DNA of 64,000 nt from Flavobacterium sp. Its GTDB lineage: Bacteria > Bacteroidota > Bacteroidia > Flavobacteriales > Flavobacteriaceae. Of this stretch, positions 37,837-46,454 are shown in pieces (positions within the stretch are counted from its first letter, which is position 1; every line of letters begins with the position of its first letter). Location: positions 27,760 through 91,759 of the forward strand of contig NZ_SEBS01000015.1 of the NCBI RefSeq assembly GCF_004211145.1, read 5' to 3'. Position numbers and translations under genes: made by a program. Under the pieces are notes generated by a model. It made no database searches. It saw nothing but the letters and a program-made list of their open reading frames with translations, and was not told where the DNA came from.

Positions 37837-37885
37837 CAATTGTCAATTGTCAATCGTCAATTGTCAATTATCCATTGTCAATTAC
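37837..37885. repeat. TTGACAATTG word array (right arm, inverted) abutting yebC stop
   Basis: CAATTGTCAATTGTCAATCGTCAATTGTCAATTATCCATTGTCAATTACC ends one base before the stop at 37886-37888. In the gene's own sense it reads GTAATTGACAATGGATAATTGACAATTGACGATTGACAATTG. Confidence 0.8.
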
Positions 37886-38602
37886 CTACTCACTTTCTTC
37901 CATAGTATGATACACGTTCATCACGTCATCATCTTCCTCAATCTTCTCAAGTAGTTTTTCCACGTCGGCGACCTGAGCCTCCGTCAACGCTTTCGTAACC
38001 TGCGGAATTCTCTCGAAGCCCGACGACAGGATGTCGATGCCGCGGTTCTCCAATTCCTTTTGGATCGATCCGAAACTTCCGAAAGGCGCATAGATCAAGA
38101 TGCCGTCTTCATCCTCAAAAACCTCTTCGGCCCCGAAATCGATGAGTTCCAATTCCAATTCCTCAGGATCAAGATTTCCTTTTGCGATGCGGAAATTGCA
38201 TGTATGATCGAACATGAACTCGACAGAACCTTGCGTTCCCATCGTGCCGTTGCATTTGTTGAAATAGCTGCGGATGTTCGCGACCGTGCGGTTGTTGTTG
38301 TCGGTAGCCGTTTCGATTAGTATCGCTATCCCGTGAGGCGCGTAGCCTTCGAACAACGCTTCCTTGTAGTTCGCGGTGTCCTTGTCGGTCGCTTTCTTTA
38401 TCGCGCGTTCAACGTTTTCCTTTGGCATATTCGCCGACTTGGCGTTTTGGATAACGGCACGCAAACGGGCGTTGGCTTCCGGGTTAGGGCCGCCTTCTTT
38501 CACCGCCATGACGATGTCTTTACCGATTCTTGTGAACGCTTTGGCCATTGCCGCCCAACGTTTCATTTTTCTTCCTTTGCGGAATTCGAATGCTCTTCCC
38601 AT
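37886..38602 (-). CDS. yebC: YebC/PmpR-family DNA-binding transcriptional regulator
   Basis: MGRAFEFRKGRKMKRWAAMAKAFTRIGK N-terminus is diagnostic of the family. 238 aa. Confidence 0.93.
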   Translation of the reverse strand: MGRAFEFRKGRKMKRWAAMAKAFTRIGKDIVMAVKEGGPNPEANARLRAVIQNAKSANMPKENVERAIKKATDKDTANYKEALFEGYAPHGIAILIETATDNNNRTVANIRSYFNKCNGTMGTQGSVEFMFDHTCNFRIAKGNLDPEELELELIDFGAEEVFEDEDGILIYAPFGSFGSIQKELENRGIDILSSGFERIPQVTKALTEAQVADVEKLLEKIEEDDDVMNVYHTMEESE

Positions 38603-38863
38603 TTCTATTTTAACTTCAAAATTCGTTGTTCAATATTCAATGTTCGTTATTCTTTCTGCCACGAAGACACGGAGGCACAAAGTTTTCTACTCGTTGTTCT
38701 TTTTGACAGAAAGGCCCAGTGATGCAAAGACACGAAACTCTTTTCGGTGCGCAAAAATAGCATTTTAGTCAGATATTCAAAAGTTTTACGCCAAACGTCA
38801 CCACGTTTTTTTACAGGATTTTCACCAACGATAATAAGCAAGATTCTGTAACTTACAGCCAAT

Positions 38864-39946
38864 CTACACTTTATAAAAAGGCAATTTCACAACCTTAGCG
38901 GCAACATCGTTTTTTCGGATCCTGATGAAAATCTGCGTATCGGTAGACGCGAACGTCGACGGCACATAACCCAAACCGATTCCTTTGTTCACGCTCGGCC
39001 CCATGGTTCCCGATGTCACGACCCCGATCACATGTCCCAGAGAATCCACGATTTCATAATCATGTCTCGGAACGCCGCGTTCGGTCAATTCAAAACCGAC
39101 AAGTTTTTTGGAAAGGCCGGCTTCTTTCTGAGCTTTTAGATTTTCGGAGTTCGTGAAATCCTTCGTGAATTTCGTGATCCAACCCAAACCCGCTTCGAGA
39201 GGCGACGTCGTGTCGTTTATGTCGTTTCCGTAGAGACAGAATCCCATTTCGAGTCGCAACGTATCTCGTGCCGCCAATCCGACAGGTTTGATGTCGAAGT
39301 CTTTACCGGCCTCAAAAACCTTGTTCCAGATCATTTCGGCCTGATCGTTCTTGCAATAAATCTCGAATCCGCCTGATCCCGTGTAACCAGTCGCCGAGAT
39401 GATCACATCATTGAATCCAGCGAAATCACCGACTTCGAAATGATAATATTTGATTTCGGATAAATTTACCGATGTCAACGATTGCATCGCCTCAGCCGCT
39501 TTCGGGCCTTGGATCGCGAGCAACGAATAGTCGTCGGACGCATTCGTCATTTTCACGCCAAGATCGTTGTGGGACGAAATCCAATCCCAATCCTTTTCGA
39601 TGTTCGACGCGTTTACGACAAGCAGATATTTTTCGTCATTAAATTTATAAACGATCAAATCGTCAACGATTCCACCGTCGTTGTTGGGCAAACATGAATA
39701 TTGCGCGCGTCCTTCGGTCAACGTCGAAGCGTCGTTTGAGGTTACTTTTTGAATCAAGTCAATCGCTTTCGGGCCTTCCAGAAAGAACTCGCCCATGTGC
39801 GACACGTCGAAAACCCCGACCGATTTGCGCACGGCCTCGTGTTCGGCATTCACGCCCTCATAAGTGATCGGCATATTGTAGCCCGCAAACGGAAGCATTT
39901 TCGCTCCAAGTTGTTCGTGAATGTGCGTGAGCGCTGTATTTTTCAT
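38864..39946 (-). CDS. gcvT: Glycine cleavage system aminomethyltransferase T
   Basis: 360 aa with [41 protein letters not shown] and [10 protein letters not shown] motifs. Confidence 0.95.
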   Translation of the reverse strand: MKNTALTHIHEQLGAKMLPFAGYNMPITYEGVNAEHEAVRKSVGVFDVSHMGEFFLEGPKAIDLIQKVTSNDASTLTEGRAQYSCLPNNDGGIVDDLIVYKFNDEKYLLVVNASNIEKDWDWISSHNDLGVKMTNASDDYSLLAIQGPKAAEAMQSLTSVNLSEIKYYHFEVGDFAGFNDVIISATGYTGSGGFEIYCKNDQAEMIWNKVFEAGKDFDIKPVGLAARDTLRLEMGFCLYGNDINDTTSPLEAGLGWITKFTKDFTNSENLKAQKEAGLSKKLVGFELTERGVPRHDYEIVDSLGHVIGVVTSGTMGPSVNKGIGLGYVPSTFASTDTQIFIRIRKNDVAAKVVKLPFYKV

Positions 39947-40463
39947 TATTCTCAGGATTTAGGTTTCGTGGCGCTAAAATAGACAAAAAAGAGGAATTGG
40001 CGAATTTGAAAACTAAGGAATCGGCGAATGTTTGAAACGTTTTCCGTCAATTTAATTTTAAGAAAATATGTGTGTTTCATGTAGCGCGTCATGACTGGAA
40101 TTCCTTACGGATAGCATCGCCCTTTCCCCGGGATCAAGGTCGGCATTTCCAAAATAAGCCAGTTGCAGGAAAAATACACATTTTGATAAATATTCTATTG
40201 GAGCTGTTCCGGCTGTCCGCTGCAATCTTTCTCGAAAAATGCGGGTTTGCGCACTTTGCGACGAGCTTCCGTCGGGCGCTGTCGCAAATCGGCAAACCCA
40301 TGCATTTTTCTTCAAAAGGATTTTCGCTGCCATCCGGGCTAGGGAAACATCCAAACGTCACGATCTGACATTTTAATCACGTGATGTCACTTTCATGTAT
40401 CGGTCAAATTGCGCTTTAAATTCGACCTTGAAAATATCTTCCTAAAAATAAACGACAAAAAAT

Positions 40464-40497
40464 TTGCGCAACCAAATAATTGCACATATATTCGCAA
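40464..40497. promoter_or_regulatory. Candidate ArsR-family operator (palindromes)
   Basis: Perfect palindrome TTGCGCAA at 40464-40471. Imperfect dyad TTGCACATATATTCGCAA at 40480-40497, about 25 nt upstream of the ArsR-family gene. Confidence 0.25.
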
Positions 40498-40520
40498 CCA
40501 CATAGTAGCAGATAAATCAT

Positions 40521-40847
40521 ATGGAAATAAGGCGTGACGTTTTTCAGGCGATTGCCGACCCGACCAGACGCGCAATCATCGGCCTCATCGCGACACAAGC
40601 GATGACTCCTAATACGATCGCGGAACATTTCGAGAACAGCAGGCAAGCGGTTTCCAAACATTTGCGCATACTCACGGAATGTGACCTGGTAAAACAGGAA
40701 TCAAAAGGACGGGAAATCTACTATTCGCTCGAAATAGAAAAAATGAAAGAGATCGACGTTTGGCTGGAACAGTATCGAAAAATCTGGGAAACCCAATTCA
40801 ATCAACTCGACGACGTATTAGCAACAATTAAAAAAAATAAGAAATGA
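40521..40847 (+). CDS. ArsR/SmtB-family transcriptional regulator
   Basis: [41 protein letters not shown] is a winged HTH. 108 aa. Confidence 0.88.
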   Translation: MEIRRDVFQAIADPTRRAIIGLIATQAMTPNTIAEHFENSRQAVSKHLRILTECDLVKQESKGREIYYSLEIEKMKEIDVWLEQYRKIWETQFNQLDDVLATIKKNKK

Positions 40848-41347
40848 ACAACAATTTGCAATTCGATTTTACCGTTGACAAAGCAGCGAAAACGGTATTC
40901 ATAACCCGGGAATTCGACGCGGAACTCTCATTGGTCTGGGACGCTTTCACCAAGCCTGAACTACTCGATCAATGGGTCGCGCCCAAACCGTGGTCATCCA
41001 GGACGAAATACATGAATTTTGAAGTCGGCGGACGACGGTTTTACGCCATGGTAAGTCCCGATGGTCTTGAACGCTGGTCGATCCAGGAATACAAATCGAT
41101 TACTCCGAAGACGAATTTCAAGATGCACAACGCATTTGCCGACAAGGATGAAAATCCCGAATTGCCGGGTTCCGACTGGAATTACAATTTCAGCGAACAG
41201 AACGGCATAACCAAAGTGAGCATTTCCATTTATAACGAATCGCTTGAACGTTTGGAAAGGATGATCGAAATGGGCTTCAAGGAAGGCTTCACGATGTCGA
41301 TCGAAAACCTCGAGAACGTATTGGCGACGCTATCGCAAAAGGAATAA
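40844..41347 (+). CDS. SRPBCC-superfamily protein (AHSA1/Aha1-like domain)
   Basis: 167 aa. ..[25 protein letters not shown].. is typical of the AHSA1-like family. The 4-nt overlap with the ArsR gene is a common pairing. Confidence 0.85.
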   Translation: MNNNLQFDFTVDKAAKTVFITREFDAELSLVWDAFTKPELLDQWVAPKPWSSRTKYMNFEVGGRRFYAMVSPDGLERWSIQEYKSITPKTNFKMHNAFADKDENPELPGSDWNYNFSEQNGITKVSISIYNESLERLERMIEMGFKEGFTMSIENLENVLATLSQKE

Positions 41348-41413
41348 TGCAGCATTCCAAATCCGTGTTAAGTTGTTTGCCGATCTTCGTTTCTAATCGT
41401 AAATTGAAGTTCC

Positions 41414-42301
41414 TTGCGAACGACGATTAACCCGATAAAGAACCTCGAAGTGAAAAACCAACGAATCACGAAAACGGCGGCCAGGAAAATATACAGACCC
41501 GCGGCTCCGAACGCGCACAAAGGAACGCAAGGCCATGCGCTCTTGATCGGTGGCAGTTACGGCAAAATGGGATCGATCACGCTTTCGTCAAAAGCCGCAA
41601 TTCATTCGGGTGCAGGTTTGGTAACAGCATTCATTCCAGAATGTGGCTACGAAATCCTCCAAATTTCGATTCCCGAAGTCATGGTCATCACCGACGTCGA
41701 ACGAAAACATCTCTCCGGGATCGAATTCGAAATCACGCCGTCGGCAATCGGAATCGGGCCGGGAATCGGGCAGGAGCAACCCGTCCAGAAAGCGTTTCAC
41801 GATTTTCTCCAAACCGTAAAGGCGCCTTTGGTCATCGACGCCGACGGGTTGAACATACTGTCGGAGCATAAGGATTGGATTTCATTGCTTCCCCAAAATA
41901 CGATCCTGACGCCGCATCCAAAAGAACTCGAACGGCTCATCGGACATTTCGAAAGCCAGGAAGAAATTGAGAAATCCGCGATGAAATTCGCGCTCGAACA
42001 CAAAGTGATCCTGGTAATGAAAGGCGCTTCGACGCGAATCACCGACGGTAAGTCCATATTCGAAAACACCACAGGAAACGCCGCGCTCGCAACCGCAGGA
42101 AGCGGAGATGTGTTGACGGGAATCATCACGGGCTTGCTCGCACAAGGTTACGAACCGTTGTCGGCAGCTCAGCTCGGCGTTTATTTGCACGGCCTGACCG
42201 CCGATTTGGCGCTTCCCAAAACCGGAACCGAGAGTTTCACGGCTTCGGACATCATCGAAAATTTGGGGAAAGCTTTTTTGGAGATCAGTAATCCTTCCTG
42301 A
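41414..42301 (+). CDS. nnrD: ADP-dependent NAD(P)H-hydrate dehydratase (YjeF C-terminal type)
   Basis: [37 protein letters not shown] and [10 protein letters not shown] motifs. TTG start as listed. Confidence 0.88.
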   Translation: MRTTINPIKNLEVKNQRITKTAARKIYRPAAPNAHKGTQGHALLIGGSYGKMGSITLSSKAAIHSGAGLVTAFIPECGYEILQISIPEVMVITDVERKHLSGIEFEITPSAIGIGPGIGQEQPVQKAFHDFLQTVKAPLVIDADGLNILSEHKDWISLLPQNTILTPHPKELERLIGHFESQEEIEKSAMKFALEHKVILVMKGASTRITDGKSIFENTTGNAALATAGSGDVLTGIITGLLAQGYEPLSAAQLGVYLHGLTADLALPKTGTESFTASDIIENLGKAFLEISNPS

Positions 42302-42986
42302 CGATAGAATCTTTTTCGATATACGTTCCGTTTATAAGCCGCTTCGAATGATAATACAAACTGTCGGCGCCACCGAAATCGCGATTTTCAACAATCGACT
42401 CCAAAAGCACCGCTTTCCCGTTTTTCCATGCATAAACGTCTTCGCCAAACTCTGAAAGACCGACGTGCCAGGAGGAATAAATTCGCTTTGTCCTCGCATC
42501 GAAATCCGGATTGGCGATACTGTCCAGCGAAGGCTCGTGCACGAAACTCTTGCTTTCTTGATCGTACAGCCAAAAGCATAACGTCATCGTGTACATTCCC
42601 GTATAATTGCTGACCGAAATATCGGAAAAGCCATCAAAGTTCACGTCTTGGGAAATCGTAAAGGACATTTCACTGAAGTGTGAGAACGTCCAATCGGTAG
42701 TGAATTTAACGATTTGCGTTTTGTCCTTGATTAATTTCTTTTGAATCATCATCGAATCGGCGCGATACGTTCCATCCTTTATTTTCGTGCAGTATAATTC
42801 AAAAGAATGTTCGCGATTTTCGTGGGTAAGCCTATAGACGAGATTGGGAAGACTGTCTATTTTTGGTTCGATAAGGACGATTTTAGGTTCGTCGGGAATT
42901 TCGGCGGAGCCAGGCTCTTCAATTTTTTGTTGATTTTTCGAGCATCCGATTAGGGAGACCAAAATTAAAACCCACAATTTCTTCAT
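42285..42986 (-). CDS. Hypothetical lipoprotein
   Basis: [18 protein letters not shown] is a lipobox. Its start overlaps the upstream gene's stop by 4 nt. Its 3' end overlaps convergent nnrD by 17 nt. Confidence 0.6.
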   Translation of the reverse strand: MKKLWVLILVSLIGCSKNQQKIEEPGSAEIPDEPKIVLIEPKIDSLPNLVYRLTHENREHSFELYCTKIKDGTYRADSMMIQKKLIKDKTQIVKFTTDWTFSHFSEMSFTISQDVNFDGFSDISVSNYTGMYTMTLCFWLYDQESKSFVHEPSLDSIANPDFDARTKRIYSSWHVGLSEFGEDVYAWKNGKAVLLESIVENRDFGGADSLYYHSKRLINGTYIEKDSIVRKDY

Positions 42987-43594
42987 GGGATTTTAGCGAT
43001 CACAACCAAATGAATTGAATTTTCATACGCGACCCTAAACGTTTCGAGTACTGAAAATCCCGCCATCGACAAAATTTTCCGTATATCATTTTCGTCATAG
43101 TAATGCACGAAAGCTGAAACCTTGCCATCGCTCGAAGCCATCCATCCTGATTTATCGTAATCGCCTTCGATGCAGGAAATATAAAACAAATCTCCGGTAT
43201 TCAACACTTTTACCGAATCACAAACTAATTTTTCAAATTCTTCCCTCGAAAAATACGGGACGATAAATCCGCAGACGATGGCATCGAAATTCCTTTCCAA
43301 GCTCGAAATGTGGCGCGCGTCCAAGACGATGCATTCCACTTCGGGATTATTTTTCTCGGCAAGTTCAACCATTGCGGGAGCAAAATCCGTGGCCAGGATT
43401 TTGAGGTCAGCACGTTTATCGAGAAAATAACGCGTGATGTTTCCGGGTCCGCATCCGATTTCCAGAATCTCGGCGTTCGATTTCAGCCGACTTAAAAAAT
43501 CAATATACGTAGCATCGTACAAATCCATCTTCATGAATTTGGTTTGATATTTTAAAGCATTTTCGTTGAAAACCTCTAACGTCGACTTTTTCAT
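42983..43594 (-). CDS. Class I SAM-dependent methyltransferase
   Basis: ILEIGCGPGN motif I plus a downstream acidic loop (ILATDFAP). Confidence 0.85.
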   Translation of the reverse strand: MKKSTLEVFNENALKYQTKFMKMDLYDATYIDFLSRLKSNAEILEIGCGPGNITRYFLDKRADLKILATDFAPAMVELAEKNNPEVECIVLDARHISSLERNFDAIVCGFIVPYFSREEFEKLVCDSVKVLNTGDLFYISCIEGDYDKSGWMASSDGKVSAFVHYYDENDIRKILSMAGFSVLETFRVAYENSIHLVVIAKIP

Positions 43595-44061
43595 TTTTTA
43601 TCCATTTCGGCGTGGAACGTCCTGTTGAAGCCATTTAATTTCTTCACGTAATGGTAACCCAACGCTTCGTAATCGCGATTCTCGTAAAAATTGTGTGACC
43701 GCGTATTCTTGAGGAACGTGTTTAGTTCAACAGTGTTGCAATCGTTTTTTATAGCCCAATTTTCGATGTGATCGAACAAAATCGTGCCGATTCCCTGAGA
43801 GCGATAATTCTCTAAAACCACGACATTGTCGACTTCGAGCTGTTTGCCCGAATAAAACCTGACCGTAACCCAACCGCTCGAAACCGCAAGCAAATCATCT
43901 GACTTGAACAAACCAAAACAGTTGTAATTTTCCATGCGGAACATTTTTTCAAGCAAAGTTGAAAGCTCCTGAACCGATTTATCAGGATTCAGAAGTGTGC
44001 CGAATTTGGCGATTTCGGGGATTTCATTTTTGGTAAGCTCACTAAATCGAAAGGCATCCAT
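43591..44061 (-). CDS. GNAT-family N-acetyltransferase
   Basis: VVLENYRSQGIGTILFDHIENWA is the acetyl-CoA-binding motif A. 156 aa. Confidence 0.85.
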   Translation of the reverse strand: MDAFRFSELTKNEIPEIAKFGTLLNPDKSVQELSTLLEKMFRMENYNCFGLFKSDDLLAVSSGWVTVRFYSGKQLEVDNVVVLENYRSQGIGTILFDHIENWAIKNDCNTVELNTFLKNTRSHNFYENRDYEALGYHYVKKLNGFNRTFHAEMDKK

Positions 44062-44071
44062 AACACAATTT

Positions 44072-45373
44072 TCATTCTCGCGAAGTTAGCAAAAACGATT
44101 TGAGCTGCTCATACGTTTTGATCTCCGAAAAAACTTTCGTTTTGTCCATGACGCTTTGAATTTGCTCCGGGATTTCGGGCGATATTCCCAAAACCGCTTC
44201 CACGACGTCCAAAAATTTCACGGGATGAGCCGTTTCGAGCAAGAATCCGACGGAATCCGGGAAATTGACCGATTCCTTCTTCAACCCCAAATATCCGACC
44301 GCTCCGTGAGGTTCGAGCAGATAACCGGTTTCAGCGTAAACTTTTTTCATGGCCGAAACGGTTTCCTCGTCCGAAAACGAATAAGCCGAAAACGCCTTTT
44401 CGAATTCCGATTTATCGTCGTTGTACAGTTCCCTGATGCGGATGAAGTTGCTTGGATTCCCGACGTCCATCGCGTTCGACAGTGTCGCGACCGATGGTTT
44501 CGCGTCGTATTTCCAATCGTCCAGGAAGCGCACGACCGTATCGTTTTCATTCGTCGAAGCTACGAAATGTTGAATCGGAAGGCCGAGTTTTTCGGCTAGG
44601 ATTCCCGCGCAGATGTTTCCGAAATTTCCGCTCGGACAAGAAACGACAAGCGGTTTGCCTAATTTCTTCAATTCCTTGTACGCGAAAAAGAAGTAGAACA
44701 TTTGCGGCAGCCAGCGCGCGATGTTTATCGAATTCGCCGACGTCAAATTTTCATGTTGCAGATCTTCGTCGAGAAACGCTCGCTTCACCATGTCCTGGCA
44801 ATCGTCGAAAACGCCATCGACGCGCAACGCCTTTATATTCTGTCCGAGCGTCGTGAGTTGGCGTTCCTGTACGTCGCTGACTTTTCCGTTCGGATATAAA
44901 ATTACGACGTCGACGCCCGAAACACCGAGAAATCCGCTTGCGACCGCGCCGCCCGTATCGCCCGATGTCGCGACGAGAACCGTGTTTTTCGCGTCGGGAT
45001 TTTCCTTGTTGAAATAGCCCAGACAACGCGCCATGAACCGCGCGCCGACGTCCTTGAACGCCATCGTCGGGCCGTGGAACAGTTCGAGCGAATAGGTGTT
45101 TTCATCAATTTTGACAAGCGGAAAATCGAACGAAAGTGTTTCCTCGATTATCTTTTTTAATTCGGCCTCGGGAATCTCATCACCGACGAATTGCTTTATC
45201 GCTTCAAACGCGATGTCGGCGTTCGAAAAATTTCCGATCCCGTCGAAAAAATCTTGGGGCAGACGCGTTATGCTTTCGGGAAAATACAAACCTTTATCGG
45301 GCGCTAGGCCTTGGATTACGGCTTCCCTGAAACTGACTTTTGGCGAATTATGATGTAAGCTGTAATAGTTCAT
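44072..45373 (-). CDS. thrC: Threonine synthase
   Basis: FHGPTMAFKDVG (PLP lysine), TSGDTGGA and SANSINIARWLPQ motifs. ATG 45373 (MNYYSL..) lies 1 nt after the thrB stop and is preferred over TTG 45388. Confidence 0.93.
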   Translation of the reverse strand: MNYYSLHHNSPKVSFREAVIQGLAPDKGLYFPESITRLPQDFFDGIGNFSNADIAFEAIKQFVGDEIPEAELKKIIEETLSFDFPLVKIDENTYSLELFHGPTMAFKDVGARFMARCLGYFNKENPDAKNTVLVATSGDTGGAVASGFLGVSGVDVVILYPNGKVSDVQERQLTTLGQNIKALRVDGVFDDCQDMVKRAFLDEDLQHENLTSANSINIARWLPQMFYFFFAYKELKKLGKPLVVSCPSGNFGNICAGILAEKLGLPIQHFVASTNENDTVVRFLDDWKYDAKPSVATLSNAMDVGNPSNFIRIRELYNDDKSEFEKAFSAYSFSDEETVSAMKKVYAETGYLLEPHGAVGYLGLKKESVNFPDSVGFLLETAHPVKFLDVVEAVLGISPEIPEQIQSVMDKTKVFSEIKTYEQLKSFLLTSRE

Positions 45374-45374
45374 G

Positions 45375-46304
45375 CTACTTTTTTTCAAGGATTTTAATGC
45401 CGCCTGGATTTACTTTCGACACATGGATTTCGTAAGGAACGTTGATTTGGTCGTACACGCGACTCATCGCCGAAGCGACGTTTCTCGCCGTTTCTTCTCC
45501 GCGACTCAGCGCAAATACCGACGGTCCGCTACCCGAAATCCCCGAACCCAAAGCACCGTGCGACTGGGCCGCGCTTTTTAGTTGGTCGAAACCCGGAATC
45601 AACATGCCGCGGATCGGTTCGACGATCTTGTCCTGCAACGAACGCCCGATCAAATCGTAATCCTTCGTGTACAATCCCGCGACGAAACCACCGACGTTTC
45701 CCCACTGGACGATAGCGTTTTGGAGCGTTATGTTTTGTTTGAGCACCGATCTCGCGTCGGCTGTCTTCAATTCGATTTGCGGATGGACGACGGTCGCGAA
45801 CAATTCCTCAGGCGATTCGATCCTGATCACGTCAAGCGGATCGTAACTGCGCACGAGCGTGAAACCACCCAAAAGGGCAGGAGCGACGTTGTCGGCGTGG
45901 GCGCTTCCCGATGCGAGTTTTTCGCCCTGCATCGCGAATTTTACCAAGTCCTTCAATTCGTATGGCCGTCCGAGCAATTCGTTGATCGCGAAAACGGCAC
46001 CCGCCGAACTCGCCGCCGAACTCCCGATTCCACTGCCGGCTTTGATCTTCTTGTTGATTTCTATTTCGAACCCGAAGTCGGTTTCCCATTCGCGAAGCAT
46101 TGCGAGAGCCGCGACTCCTGCAACGTTTTTCTGGGTTTCCAAAGGCAAATCGGCGCCTTCGATCTTGGAAATCCTCACGGTCCTTTCGTCGATCTTGCGC
46201 ACGGTCATCTCATCTCCGACATTGTCGAGACAGAGGCCAAGCACGTCGAAACCGCAGGAAAGGTTGGCAATTGTGGCGGGGGAGAATATTTTGATGTAGT
46301 CCAT
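45375..46304 (-). CDS. thrB: Homoserine kinase
   Basis: GHMP-kinase motif KIKAGSGIGSSAASSAG. 309 aa. Located between thrA and thrC. Confidence 0.93.
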   Translation of the reverse strand: MDYIKIFSPATIANLSCGFDVLGLCLDNVGDEMTVRKIDERTVRISKIEGADLPLETQKNVAGVAALAMLREWETDFGFEIEINKKIKAGSGIGSSAASSAGAVFAINELLGRPYELKDLVKFAMQGEKLASGSAHADNVAPALLGGFTLVRSYDPLDVIRIESPEELFATVVHPQIELKTADARSVLKQNITLQNAIVQWGNVGGFVAGLYTKDYDLIGRSLQDKIVEPIRGMLIPGFDQLKSAAQSHGALGSGISGSGPSVFALSRGEETARNVASAMSRVYDQINVPYEIHVSKVNPGGIKILEKK

Positions 46305-46322
46305 TTGCGACTTGCTACGCTC

Positions 46323-46439
46323 TTAGACACGCTGCGCTTTGGACACGCTACGCTTTAGATGCTATAAATTATTATAATTTGGTTGTACGTTTCAAAAGTC
46401 TAAAGCCCGCGCGGCGCGTCCAAAGCGCAGCGTGTCTAA
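46323..46439. repeat. Long inverted repeat in thrA-thrB intercistronic spacer
   Basis: TTAGACACGCTGCGCTTTGGAC (46323-46344) is the perfect 22-nt reverse complement of 46418-46439. The arms are built from GACACGCTnCGCTTTnGA words and extend imperfectly to about 46316-46360 and 46398-46459, reaching the thrA stop. Confidence 0.8.
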
Positions 46440-46454
46440 AGCCATCGGCGTGTC

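Noticed and set aside
37318-37853. Full-length ORFs 37318-37710 (plus) and 37383-37853 (minus) as intact genes
   Set aside because: They overlap each other, and the minus ORF starts inside the yebC terminator hairpin. Neither has a plausible N-terminus. Only the C-terminal part of the minus ORF is retained, as a low-confidence remnant.
38786-38806. AAACGT-CACC-ACGTTT hairpin plus T7 as terminator of gcvT
   Set aside because: The T-run follows the hairpin only on the plus strand, where no upstream plus-strand gene exists. On the gcvT (minus) strand only three T follow. It is therefore not reported as a terminator.
39947-40057. Glycine riboswitch upstream of gcvT
   Set aside because: The ~110-nt upstream region contains only the GGAATnGGCGAAT direct repeats. 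I could not find the conserved glycine-aptamer core elements or a suitable tandem-aptamer length.
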